DNA of 64,000 nt from the human T2T-CHM13v2.0 reference genome, Homo sapiens, in assembly GCF_009914755.1 (NCBI RefSeq), contig NC_060936.1. One strand, given 5' to 3'. A model generated the notes under the pieces. It made no database searches and was not told the origin of the DNA. It saw only the letters and a list, made by a program, of their open reading frames with translations. Both the position numbers and the translations under genes were made by a program. Below, piece after piece: positions 14,241-27,668 of the stretch. Position 1 is the stretch's first letter, and each line of letters opens with the position of its first letter.

Positions 14241-14540
14241 GCCAGGCACAGTGGCTCAAACTGTAATCCCAGCACTTTGGAAGGTTAAGGCAGGCATATC
14301 GCTTGAGGTCAGGAGTTCAAAATCAGCCTGGCCAACGTGGTGAAACCCCATTTCTAGTAAAAATACAGAAATTAGCCAGGCATGGTGGTGGGTGCCTGTA
14401 ATCCCAGTCGGGAGGCTGAGGCAGGAGAATCACTTGAACCAGTGAGTGGAGGTTGCAGTGAGCTGGATTGCGCCATTGCACTCCAGCCTGGGCAACTGAG
14501 CGAGACTGTCTCAAAAATAAATAAATAAATAAATAAAAAT
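14241..14540 (+). mobile_element. AluS, full length, (TAAA)n tail
   Basis: Alu body; perfect TSD aagacctttgca at 14229-14240 and 14541-14552. Confidence 0.95.
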
Positions 14541-15169
14541 AAGACCTTTGCAGACCCTGGCAATCCTTATTTAGGAGGCCCTATATGCAAATTAAATGGA
14601 TTTAAACATACTCCCTTATATGTATCTATAATGTAGATATAATTTTTAAAAATAATCTTCAAAACGCTTTTGTGATTTTGGTTCTGAAAAATATTTAGCC
14701 CTAAATAAATTCTAAAATGTATGCTTAGCTGTGATTTCTTGGCAATTGTTATGCAGAGTGAGATATTCTGATGAAATCTATAAATTGTTTCCAAAAGTAA
14801 TTAATTTTTCAATATCACATTTAGTAATTAATAAAGTTAATATATGGAATGCTTTTAAGCATATGATTATATATTTGTTAAAATTTCAACTTTGCAGCTT
14901 TCTTCTTTTGGAGAAAGCACTTTTCTTCCCCCTCAGTTTCAACATATTCATGGGTCCCAGACACTGGACCTATAGCTCTTAATCGATAACACAGTTCTGT
15001 GGGGAGAAGTCAGAGTGGGTTGAATGACAGAACATTTTCTAAAGCTTCCTGGAACATTTCTAGAACAATTTCCCAGAACATCTCCAAGAAGATAAAAATT
15101 TCTGCTTTAGGGACTGGGGATGGGATACTTGAAGAGTTAGAGAAGAACTTCCGATGATGTAGCTATATT

Positions 15170-15502
15170 TCTCTATTATGTCTTCATTTAATTGGTATCT
15201 ATTTTCTTCCACAAATATGGAAAAAAATATGTATTGTGACTTTACTTCCTGCTGAGAACTTCCGTGTTGAAATAACTTATAATTTTTGATTCAAATGCTA
15301 CTATTTTTACATATGATCACCAATTATTTAAACTTAAGATTTACTGAATTTCTTGCTTTTCAAACAAGATTTACTGTTAGATTCACCGTTTTTCCTGTAG
15401 GTCTTCATATTAGGTAGATGATGAAATTCTGAGCATAAAAAGTGGGTCTAAGGCTATAGATTCAAAATTATATTTCCTCAGAATGAGGGAGTTAATTGTT
15501 CT

Positions 15503-15541
<39 letters not shown>

Positions 15542-15945
15542 TTCAATGCTGTCAGTAAAAAGTTTGGTTGACAGTCTTATTTTTCAATACTTGATAGACA
15601 ACATATTTTTTCTTTCTCAAGACTTTTAGCATTTACTTTATATCCTCGATACCTGAAGATGTAGGTCTTGATTAATTCATCCTGCTCAGCACTTGGTTGA
15701 TTCTTTCAATCTGAAGATTTGGGCTTTCTTCAGCTGTGGGAAGCTTTTTCTATTGTTTCTGTAACTCTATCCTTGCCTCAGTTTCTTCCGTGCTCTACTT
15801 CTGTAACTATTACTAGATAGCTGTGAAAAATTCTGGATCATCCTTGATGTCTTCTAGCTCTGCCCCACATATTCTTTGTTGCCCTTTTACATTGCATTCC
15901 TGTAGATTTATGGAGCTTAATCTATCAGCTCTATTTTACTCTTCA
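15170..15945 (-). mobile_element. Ancient L1M fragment containing a T35 tract (15504-15538)
   Basis: T-rich antisense L1 texture ('ttctttcaatctgaaga..ttcttcagctgtgggaa'); poly-T read directly. Confidence 0.5.
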
Positions 15946-16044
15946 ACTGAAGGTTGGGGTGGTTGTAGCAATTTTTTAAAATAAAACAACAATGAAGTTC
16001 GCTACTGTGATTGATTTTTCCACTCACAAAAAAGTTTTCCATAG

Positions 16045-16565
<521 letters not shown>

Positions 16566-17251
16566 ATCTCTTACAGTTTTATGATGAGATTAGAGCAATT
16601 TAGTCACATTTTCAGGCTCCACTTCTAACTCTAGTTCTCTTGCTGTTTCTATCACAGCTGCAGTTACTTTCTCCACTGAAGTTTTGAACCCCTCGAAGTC
16701 ATCCATGAGGGATGGAATTGCCTTCTTCCAAACTCCTGTTAATGCTGATATTTTGTTTCTTTCCATAAATTACAAATGTTCATCTAGAATGGTGAATTTT
16801 TCTTCAGAATATTTTCAGTTTATTTCACCCAGTTCCACCAGAGGAATCACTGTCTATGGCAGCTATAGCTGTAACAAATGCATTTCTTAAATAATAAAAT
16901 GTGCAAATAAAAATTACACATTAATCCATGGGCCGAAGAAAGGATGTTGTGTTAGCAGGCAGGAAAACAACATAAATCTCCTTGCATAGGTCCATCACAG
17001 CTCTTGGGTGACTATGTGCATTGTTAACGAGCAGTGATATTTTGAAAGAAATCATTTTTTCTGACCAGTAGGTCTCAACAGTGGCTTAAAATATTCAGTA
17101 AACCTTGGAGCAAAGAGATTGTGCTGCCATGCAGGCTTCATTGTTTTATTTCTAGCACACAGACAGAATAGAAATTATCATCATTCTTAAGGGTCCTAGA
17201 ATTTTCAGAATGGTAAATGAGTGTTGGTTTCAATTTAAAGTCATAGCTGCA

Positions 17252-17415
17252 TTAGGATCAGACCTAAATGGTTCTTACAGAGACTTCTTCTGCTCCTTAT
17301 GTTTCTTAATTCCAAACGTGTAGAAGTCCCAGAATTCCTCCAATCTCTTTTCTTTTACCTTTTTCCACATATTTAAGCTCTGGGCTGTGGTTTATTTTCA
17401 TTGATCTGATCCTAA
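17252..17415 (+). other. Locally templated ~150-bp insertion (copy of ~18941-19091) bounded by an 11-bp inverted repeat
   Basis: Interrupts Tigger1 between 'gctgcattag' and 'cctaacaaga'. Colinear with 18941-19091 at roughly 80% identity by eye. Ends TTAGGATCAGA / TCTGATCCTAA. Confidence 0.85.
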
Positions 17416-18444
17416 CAAGATAGTCATCAGCCTGTCCTTTGAAGCGTTAGAGCCAGACATTGACTTCTCTCTAGCTAGGAAAGTGGAAGATGACATCTTC
17501 TTCTAATAGAATGGGGCTGGATCACTAGCAACTTCTCCATCAGCACTTGCTGCTTCACCTTGCACTTTTGTGTTATGGAGTCGACTTCTTTCCTTCAACC
17601 TTGTGAACAAACCTCTGCTAATTTCAACCTTTTCTTCGCAGCTGCCTCACCTGTCTCAGCCTTCATAGGATTGAAGAGAGTTCTGGATTAGGCTTTGATT
17701 TAAGGGAATGTGTTGATTGGTTTGATCTTCTCTCCAGACCACTAAAACATTCTCCATATCAGCAATAAGGCTGTTTTGCTCTCTTATCATTCATATATTC
17801 ATATATTCACCACAGTAGCACTTTTAATTTCCTTCAAGAATTTTTCCTTTGCATTCACAACTTGGCTAACTGGCACAAGAGGCCTAGCTTTTGGCCTATC
17901 TCGCTTTTGATATGCCTTCCTCACTAAGCTTAATCGTTTCTAGTTTTTGATTTAAAGTGAGAGACATGCGCCTCTTTGTTTCACTTGAACACTTAGAGGA
18001 TATTTTAAGGTTATCAATTGGCCTAATTTCGATATTATTGTGTCTCAGGAAATAAGGAGGCCTGAGGAGAGGGAGAGAGATAGGGGAATGGCTGGTTGGT
18101 GGAGCAGTCAGAACACACACAAATATTTACCAATTAAGTTTGCCGTCTTACATGGGAGCTGTTCATGGCACTCCAAAACAATTATAATAGTAACATGAAG
18201 TATCATTGATCATAGATCCCCATAATGGGTAGAATAATAAGGAAAAAATTTGAAATATCTTGATAATTACCAAAATGTGCCACAGAAGGAAGCACAAGCT
18301 ATTTTAAAAAATGGCGCCAATAGACTAGCTTGAAACAGGGTTGCCACAAACATTCGATTTGTGGACAATGCAGTATGTGAGAAGCACAATAATGTGAAGT
18401 GCAATAAAATGTGGGATGTCTGTGTATTTTCTAGGATATCTGTT

Positions 18445-18605
18445 CTTCTAATAATAATCTCAGCTATACAATGGAATCTACTGATAACTATTTAAAAATA
18501 CTGATGCTTTGGATCCATCCCAGATATTTAATTAATTTATGGCTTAGTCTGGACATCAAAGTTAAAAAAAAGGTTTTCAGGTGATTTTAAGGTTGAAAAA
18601 TGCTC
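18445..18605. mobile_element. MER5A-like hAT MITE remnant
   Basis: 'ttaaaaatactgatgc..catcccagat..caggtgatttt..ggttgaaaaatgct'. Confidence 0.55.
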
Positions 18606-19284
18606 TTCTATATGTTGAGTTGTATGCCTCTTATTCAGGCTTGCATCTTCTTGCTTTGTTGTGTTTTTCTTTGTACTTGTGGTCTCTGTTCACCTGATAA
18701 AGAATGCTTTTTCTGGTTCACATAGCTTGCTTCTGTGATTGTGGCCAAAGAGAAGATCATTGTCAGAACAAAGTGTCCATTTCAGTAGTGGAGAATCCCT
18801 ATTCAATATGAGTATGACCAACTGTCTATGATTTCTCTGCTCCAAGTACCCACACTGTCCTATTCAGTGCTTGCTTAGCACAAGTTAGGGGAGAAGCTTT
18901 ATCTGCCTATGCACTATGAATGCTGTTTGGTAGCCAGTACCCCAGATGGTTTTTATAGAGAATCCTTCTGCTCCTTAAATTTTTAATTCTAAATATGTAG
19001 AATTCCCTGAACTCCTCCTACCCTTTTTCATTTACTTTTTTTTTTCATATGTAAGCTCTGGAGTGTGGCTTATTTTATTAATCTGATCCTACCAGCTTTT
19101 AACCTTTCAGGGAACTCCTCCAAATTTCTGGGCCATTATTGAACCTTTTTCTTGTTTCCTGGAGGAGTTGTGGATTTGAGAGGCATCTTCTCTGTTCTTT
19201 CTATAGATTTTAAGTAGGAGAAGTAGATAGGGACATGCTTGATTTAATTTCCCTCCTTACATTACATAGCATGTTCATATATGC

Positions 19285-19492
19285 TGTATAAATGTCCTTT
19301 ATACATACAATCTCATTTAATTGTAATAATAATCTTGTCAAAAATGTATTGTTCCCATTTTATAAATAACAAAATTAAGGGTTTTAGACATTCATTGGGT
19401 TACCACTGGTTCCACAGCCTTTTGGTGGCATAATGGAGACTGGAGTTGAGATCACCTGAATCGAGTTCAGTGTTCTCACTGTACCACACTGC
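19285..19492 (-). mobile_element. MIR SINE
   Basis: 'atctcatttaat..cccattttata..cactgtaccacactgcc'. Confidence 0.6.
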
Positions 19493-20733
19493 CTTAAAAA
19501 TATTCTCAAATCATTTACATTTTCCACAAAAGCTCATATAAACTTGTAGATTCCTTTTATTCCCCTTCAAATCTCTGAACAGGTTGATACTGGCTGGTAG
19601 TTACTCTAATGTGTTTCATACAAATAGGCTGGTTTGACACCCATATCTTGAGTAAACAGTCAAATTCAATAAACATGGAGAGTCAGTACTCATTTGGATA
19701 GAAAATTCCTTTAATTTCTTTGGATTGTTAGAACAGGCACCAGCAGAATTCTGCCTTCAGGAGAAAGCATTTCTTAGAAGTATGGTGGTATACCCATCTA
19801 TATGAATGTACAGTGACCATCATCTATTTGGCTGGTTAGAAGATGTAAAACAAGCAGGTAAATACAAATGTGGGAAGGTAGGTCTTTGTTAGGCAACAAT
19901 ATACTTCAAGTGATGAGGCATGAGGATTATCTTAAACAATGAAGATATACAGTTTCTTCGTTCTCAGAAGTGCTAGGAGAGAGAAATGAAAGGCTAGCCA
20001 AACTGGAAGAGGAGGACCAAAAGTCTTGCACACTATAGTCAGAGCAATTCTTACTTTTGAAATTCAAACTTTCCTTTGAGTTTAGTGTTTAAAGGGCAAT
20101 TGGCTGAAATAAAAATAACTTTGGTTAAAAACAAGTGGTGATTCAGTTTAAATGCTGAACAACATTCAGCTTCAACTGTTTTGAGAACAAGCTTATGCTG
20201 TGGGACAATTTGGATTAACAGTATTAGAAAGAAACCTGATCAAGGTCTTCAGTCTTTATCAAAAGAGATGAGTTTAGTGAAGTTAACTCCTTTCATCTCA
20301 CCCCATCTAGGCAAAAACAAAGGGGACGGAGTGAGAAATGGAAGTTTAGCTAGATCTTTATGGCAAACAAAAAGTTTAAATAGGTTTTGAAGCTTTTTAT
20401 AAAAAGATCTCAATCTATCTGTCAAGGTCATGAAAAGTATTTGTCTTTTTATTCAGACCTCATGATTAAAAGTACACTGGTATTCAGAATTTGCCAGTGG
20501 ACAGTTGGGGTGGATAGAAGCTTCTTTAAATATTCCATATCACACAGTCATATAGTTAGCTATTTAGGTATTATGCCTTCTAAGCTATGACCAGTCAACC
20601 CCAAAACACCTCTGTCCAAAGACTTGATTCATCCAGATACAGAGATAAATAGAGTTAAACAGTTGAAAAATTTATGAAAGAAATGGGCTTGGTCTTTGGT
20701 GTGCTCAGCCAATTTTCTGTATTAGATTAATCA

Positions 20734-21229
20734 TGTGCTTGTTATTCTCTATTTGTCCTGCTAGATCTGCACTCCACCCTTTTCCACTTTTCTCTGTGCC
20801 CAGGAGATTGATTTATATGGAATTCATCAACTGGAATCTTTCCTTGTTCTCTTTCATTTGCATTTGGCCAATGAGAGCCACTGGCAGGAGGCTTGAGGGT
20901 GGTGGGGGGAGGGACTGGAGTATTTTCCTTGCAGCCAACTTCCTTCCTGGCCAGGACTTGGCACTGGTTGCCTTCCTCTAATGAAGGCACTGTTTCCATC
21001 AGTGGTCCTCTCCTACAGCCTCTGCTAGAGCCACAGCCTTATCTGAGATTCCCTTTTCTCTTCAGGGATACAGACCCTTGCTGTTGCTAGCCTCTTGGTG
21101 TTTCTACTTCTGTTATTATTATTTTTTTTCAGTCCTGGCCTCATCACCATAAATAGTCTCTTCATTAACTCTGCTTAACAATGTTGTTTGGGTGTGCAAT
21201 CTATGTCCTGTCAGTCTTAGATTGTTACA
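20734..21229 (+). mobile_element. ERVL solo LTR (LTR33-like)
   Basis: 'ctccacccttttccac..ctctgtgcccaggag..ttggccaatgagagccactggcaggag..aaatagtctcttcattaa'. Confidence 0.7.
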
Positions 21230-21615
21230 CCACCTAAATCACATCTTCTGCAGATGTAAAAAGGGAGCTGGCACTAGTTAAATTGTTAATGAAATTATCC
21301 ACCATCTATGTTTAATTATCCAATTTCAGTATATACATATAGTGGTTTCAGAATAGTCAACCCATGCTCCCATGGGAAACAACTTTACTAACTAAAGTAC
21401 AGTGCTTACATGCAGTTCCTTTGCCTTTAGACTTATAATCCACTTATTTCCAAAGCTAATAGCTTTTGCTAAGTAACTAAGTTTGTTAATAGTAACTAAT
21501 ATTTTAAAATTTTATTTTATTCAAGAAATCTTGTTTGGTGTTAACTATGAGTCACACATGGAATTTACGAGTCTAGTGGGAGGGATAAACTAGTACACCT
21601 AGCCTTTACTTTACA

Positions 21616-21957
21616 AATTAATTTATTTCCCAAAACACTGCTGTTAAGTTCAAAACTGTTAAATAAGAAATTATTTCCATTTATTTTAATGGAAAAAATT
21701 TGATTTGTTTTTTCTTAATCCCAAATGTACAATTTTCAAAGATAGAAAGAAAAAAATATTAATGGAACAATTTAAACAAGTTCATGAATTAATTTATTTC
21801 CAAAACATTGCTATTAAGTTCAAAGCTGTTAAATAAGAAATTATTTTCATTTGTTTCAATGGAAAAACTTTGATTTGTTTTATCTTAACCTCAAATGCAC
21901 AATTTTCATAGATAGAAAGAAAAAAAATACTGATGGAACAATTTAAACAAGTTTATA
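21616..21957 (+). repeat. Two-copy tandem duplication, ~171-bp unit
   Basis: Units start 'aattaatttatttcc' at 21616 and 21787 and both end 'atggaacaatttaaacaagtt'; roughly 90% identical by eye. Confidence 0.92.
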
Positions 21958-22989
21958 TAAGGTATAAAACTTTGAAAGTGAAAAAGTAAAGTTTGTATAT
22001 AAATTACAATGCTATAAACATTTGTTACATTTTCCAAAGTAAGAAGGAAAGACTAGATGCTAGATGGCAAGTGGTAATTGGGAATCTCATGGACAGCACA
22101 AGTTTGAGAATGCACAGAGTATTGAGAGAGGGACTGAGAGGAAAAAGTGAAAAATAAAGTCACTGGTATCTCAGTTCCTCTGCCTCCTACATCTCATCTT
22201 TTAAAAGGGTGTGCAATGTTCTTTATCTCCTTCCTCCATCAAATCAAAGAGTGATCTGATGATAGTTGTGTTATAGGATAAAAATATTATCAAGATCAAA
22301 GCCAAAACACATCATTAATAAGAGCTACCAGGGCTCTCACATGTTGTATAAACTGAAGTCACCGCCTTTTCCAATCTTAGGTCCGAGGCCTGAATTTATA
22401 AATCCTCCAAATGGAGGTGTTCCCACCATTTCTCTCCTTTTGCCTCACAGGACCCCATTACAGGGCTCCATTCTTACACTCTCCTCACCAGTGGCTTCCA
22501 CTGTTCTATTTTATTCTCTGCTTCCATTATAGTTTGGTGAACCAGTGCTTATACCCAGAGCTGACCATTCCATGATCTGGAGTTGTGTTGTCACAAACTG
22601 TTCAGCAGCAGGGACTGGCTGTTCCTCTGGGGAAAAGAAGGGTACTGCTACATATGGGCTGCCAAATGGGAGACAGATGGGGGGATGATAGGGATGATAT
22701 TGGAGTCGAGGGATGGGGAACTCTGTAAGAAGGCCAGGAACCTCTGTGTGAGTCTACTTGAGAGGGAGGGAAATGGAGAGAGAAACTGGGCTGTTGGGAA
22801 ACCTATTCTGAAAGCTTCACTTTTGGATAAACATCAGTATGTGAAGATGAAGATTAAGCTGTGAATAGAATGAAAGAAAGAATTTACATTTATGTTGCTT
22901 ATAGCAAAGAGGAAAACCCCAAATTCTATTTCACTATTAAAAGTAATTTCCAAAACAATTGTTCCATTTATTATTTATGATGACTCTCA

Positions 22990-23356
<367 letters not shown>

Positions 23357-23617
23357 TTATTCAACAAGTATTGATCACCTACAATGTGCAAGGGTCTGAG
23401 CCATATGCTGAGGACATAAAAGTATATCACATGGTTCCTATGCTTGAGAAGTTCATAAACTTGCTGTGAACACAATGAAATAGCTATCTGTAATGGAGAA
23501 AAATAGTTGTTACAACTATCATGATAATGTTATGATATGATGACATATGTTGTAGCTGTCATATAATGTTATGACAGTGACTATGATAATACATAGCTGA
23601 AGAAGTAGTTTACCTTA

Positions 23618-24118
23618 TGTCAAAAGGTGGATTCCCCGGAAGCAGATCTTAAGGCAAGGATTTTTACATAAATGATCAGTTAAGGAAGTGCTCCCAGGAA
23701 AAGCTAATAAAGGCATGGAGAAAGTAGGACAAGGAAGGAAAAGAAACTGAGAAAGTGTGCAAATGTTAGGCAAAGTTGCAGTCTTAGTCTGATACTGTAG
23801 GGAAGTTGCAGAGTTTAAATAACACCTCAGAGTATGTTCAACTGGAGACAAAGGGCATGAGGCTTTCATACTCTGCATCAAGCAGTTATTGACTATGAGC
23901 TACCCTACAGGGGGAAGACATAAACTCCCAAGCACTCTCTATCTCTCTAGATGCAGGCAGAGTAACTCCAGCAGCCCAAGGGCAGACTCCCAAAAGGGTC
24001 TCGGGTGCAGGGACAGGACTGTTATAAGCAAAACTGTGCAGGAGCTGGGGGACTGATGTGTAGAAATGGAAAGAGAGCTTCAAGGGGATCTCAGCTGGGC
24101 ACCAAATGTATCTGCTGT
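23618..24118 (-). mobile_element. ERVL solo LTR (LTR16-family-like)
   Basis: 'tgtc..ggattccccggaagcagatcttaaggcaaggattt..aggaagtgctcccagg..gggcaccaa..tctgctg'. Confidence 0.65.
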
Positions 24119-24432
24119 ATCCTGACAGACAGGATTGGGGAAGACTGCAGAGGAAGTATCATTTGAGGGGATCTTTGAGGATAAGTAGGAATTTTCCAGG
24201 TGAATAAGGGAGAGAGCAGCATAAGCGAAGACTTGCACTATATAGACAAAAGCATGGTGAGGATTAATGAATGCTTGTATCTGCTCAGCCTTCTGTTAAT
24301 TATGTGGGAAGGCTGCTGCTCACAACATCCTGGTTTTTTTTGAAGCTAACCTAAGATATTATATAATTTCATCCATAAATATGTCAGTATGTAGCTCTAA
24401 AAATAAGGGTTCCTTTAAAATATCATTAAATA

Positions 24433-26897
24433 CAAGCATGCCTTTTTTCATTGCACTTTGCTTTATTGTGCTTCACACATATTGCATTTTTTAAAAGTTA
24501 AAAGTTTGTGGTAACTCTCTGTCTAGCTAGTATATTGCTGCCGTTTTTCCATCAGCATGTGTTCACTGCATATCTCTGTGTCACATCTTGGCAATTCTCA
24601 CAATATTGCAAACTTTTTCACTATTATTTTATCTGTTATGGAGATCTGTGATCAGCGATCTTCGATGTTACTATTATGATTGTTTTGGGGTGACAGGAAC
24701 CACACCCATTTAAGATGGTGACTTAATTGATTAATGTTGTATGTGATCTGAGTGCTCCACTGACTGGCCATTGCCCCATCTCTCTCCCTCTCCTCAGGTC
24801 TCTGTATTTTCTAAGACATACAATATTGGAGTTAGGCCAATTAATAACTCTACCATGTCACCTAAATGTTCAAGTGAAAGGAAGAGATGCACATTTCTCA
24901 CTTTAAATCAACAGCTAGAAATAATCAATCCTAGCGAGGAAGACACGTCAAAAGCCAAGATATGACAAAATCTAGGCCTTTTGTGCTGGCAAGCGAAGTT
25001 GTGAATGCAAAGGAAGAATTCTTGAGGGAAATTAAAAGTGTTACTCCAGTAAATGTATGAATGATAAGAAAGCAAAACAGGCTTATTGCTGATATGGTGA
25101 AAGTTTGACTCTTCTGGATAGAAGATCAAACCAGCCACAACATTCCCTTCAGCCAAAGCTTAATCTAGAGCATGACCCTAACTCTCTTTTACGAAGGCTG
25201 AGAAGAGTGAAGAAGCTGCAGAAGAAAAGGTTGAAGTTGATTTAGCAGAGGGTGGTTCATGAGGTTGAAGGAAAGAAGCCATCTTCATAACATAAAAGTG
25301 CTTAATTAAACTAAATAGCTTCTGCACAGCAAAAGGAAGGCAGCAGATTAAGCAGACAACCCACAGAATGGGAGAAAATCTTCACAATCTATACATCTGA
25401 CAAAGGACTAATGTCCAGAATCTACCACAAACTCAAACAAATTAGTAAGAAGAACAAAGAATCCCATCAAAAAGTGGGCTAAGGACATAAATAAACAATT
25501 CTCAAAAGATGATGTACAAATGGCCATTAAACATGAAAAAATGCTCAACATCACTAATGATTGGGGACATGCAAATCAAAACCACAGTGCAATACCACCT
25601 TACTCCTGCAAGAATGGCCATAATCAAAAAATCAAAAAATAATTGATGTGTGCATGAATGTGGTGAACAGGGAACACTTCTACACTGCTGGTGGGAATTT
25701 AGTACAACCACTATGGAAAACAGTGTGGAGATTCCTTAAAGGACTAAAAGTAGATCTACCATTTGATCCAGCAATACCACTTCTGGGTATCTACCCAGAG
25801 AAATATAAGTCATTATACAAAAAAGATACTTGCACTTGCATGTTTTTAGCGGCACAATTCACAATTGCAAAAATATGGAACCAGTCCAAATGCTCATCAA
25901 TCAATGAGTGGATGAAGAAATTGTGGTATATATATCTATACAGTGGAATGCTACTTAGCCATAAAAAGGAATGAATTAATGGCATTTGCAGCAACCTGGA
26001 TGAAACCAGACTGTGGTTCTATGGAAAGTAACTCAGGAATGGAAAACCAAGTATCATATCTTCTCATTCATAAGTGAGAGCTAAGCTATGAGGATGCAAA
26101 GGCATAAGAATGATACAATGGACTTCAGGGCCTCAGGGGAAAGGGTGGGAGGGGTGTGAGGAATAAAAGACTACAAACTGGGTTCAATGTATACTGCTTG
26201 GGTGATGGGTGCCCCAAAATGTAACCAAATACCACCTGTTACCCAAAAACCTATGGAAATCAAAAATTTTTTAAAAAGTGCAAGATGGAGCAGTAAGTTC
26301 TGATGGAGAAGCTGCAGTAAGTAATCCAGAAGATCTGGGTAAGATCATTCAAGACGGTGGCTACACTAAATAATGGATTTTCAATGTAGAAGAAAGAGCC
26401 TTTTAATGGAAGGAGATGCTGTCTACAACTTTCCTAGCTAGAGAGGAGAAGTTAATGCCTGTCTTCAAAGCTTCAAAGGACAGGCTGACTAATGCATCTG
26501 GTGACTTTAAGTAGAAACGAAGCTCATTTACTGTCCTGAAAATCATAGGACCCTGAAGAATTGTGCTAAACCTACTCTGCCTGTACTCTATGAGGTAAGC
26601 AGCAAAGCCTGGATGACAGCACATCTGTTTGCAGCATGGCTTACTGAATATTTTAAGTCAATTGTTGAGACCTACTGCTTGGGGAAAAAAATTCTTTTAA
26701 AATATTACTGCTCATTGATAATGCAGCTGGTCAACCAAGAGCTCTGATGGAAATGTACAAGGAGATTATTGTTGTTTTCATGTCAGCCAATACAACATCC
26801 ATTCTGAATCCCATGGATTAAGGAGTTGTTTTATTATGATACTCACTTTATTGCAGTGGACTGGAACCAAACCCTCAGTATCTCCAAGGTATGCTTG
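24433..26897 (+). mobile_element. Tigger1 DNA transposon with both TIRs, internal 3' deletion, interrupted by L1PB1
   Basis: TA|CAAGCATGCC ... GGTATGCTTG|TA; transposase start MSPKCSSERKRCTFLTLNQQLE; jump to the terminal segment at ~26826. Confidence 0.92.
25302..26273 (+). mobile_element. 5'-truncated L1PB1-like element
   Basis: ORF2 C-terminal fragment [19 protein letters not shown]; 3' end 'gtaaccaaataccacctgt..aaaaacctatggaaat'; TSD aaaagtgc at 25294-25301 and 26274-26281. Confidence 0.88.
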
Positions 26898-27008
26898 TAA
26901 TAAGTATCACCATTAACAATGAACAATTGTTCATTAATATTATCAAATTAACATTAAATTCTTAATATCATCAAATATCCAGAGTTCAGATTTCTCTAAT
27001 TGCATTTT

Positions 27009-27668
27009 TTAAATTATACTTTAAGTTCTGGGGTACATGTGCAGAATGTGCAAGTTTGTTACATAGGTATACGCGTGCCATGGTGGTTTACTGCACCCAT
27101 CAACCCATCATCTACATTAGGTATTTCTCCTAAAGCTATCCCTCTTCTAGCCCCACACCCCCTGACAGGCCCCAGTGTGTGATGTTCCCCTCCCTGTGTC
27201 CATGTGTTCTCACTGATCAACTCCCACTTATGAGTGAGAACATGTGGTGTTTGGTTTTCTGTTCCTGTGTTAGTTTGCTGAGAATGATGGTTTCCAGCAT
27301 CATCCATGTCCCCGCAAAGGACATGAACTCATCATTTTTTATGGCTGCATAGTATTCCATAGTATATATGTGCCACATTTTCTTTATCCAGTCTATCATT
27401 GATGGGCACTTGGGTTGGTTCCAAGTCTTTGCTATTGTGAACAGTGACACAATAAACATAAATGTGCATGTGTCTTTATAGCAGAATGATTTATAATCCT
27501 TTGGGTATATATCCAGTAATGGGATTACTGGGTCAAATGGTATTTCTGGTTCTAGATCCTTGAGGAATCTCCACACTGTCTTCCACAATGGTTGAACTAA
27601 TTTACACTTCCACCAACAGTGTAAAAGCATCCCTATTTCTCCACATCCTCTCCAGCATCTGTTGTTTC
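27009..27668 (-). mobile_element. 5'-truncated L1 (L1PA7/PA8-like)
   Basis: ORF 27217-27630(-) is the ORF2 C-terminus through ..KTKHHMFSLISGS; TSD ctaattg(c/t)atttt at 26996-27008 and 27668-27680. Confidence 0.93.

Noticed and set aside
15504-15538. T35 tract as an orphan poly(A) retro-insertion
   Set aside because: No TSD is visible on the flanks; simple expansion of a T-run in old L1 is more likely.
21616-21957. 171-bp unit length suggesting alpha satellite
   Set aside because: The sequence does not resemble alphoid monomers, has no CENP-B box, and there are only two copies; the length match is coincidental.
23500-23600. ATG/TAT-rich patch with small hairpins (ctgtcata..tatgacag)
   Set aside because: Low-complexity sequence; an 8-bp stem is expected by chance here. 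It is not a CRISPR-like or structured RNA element.
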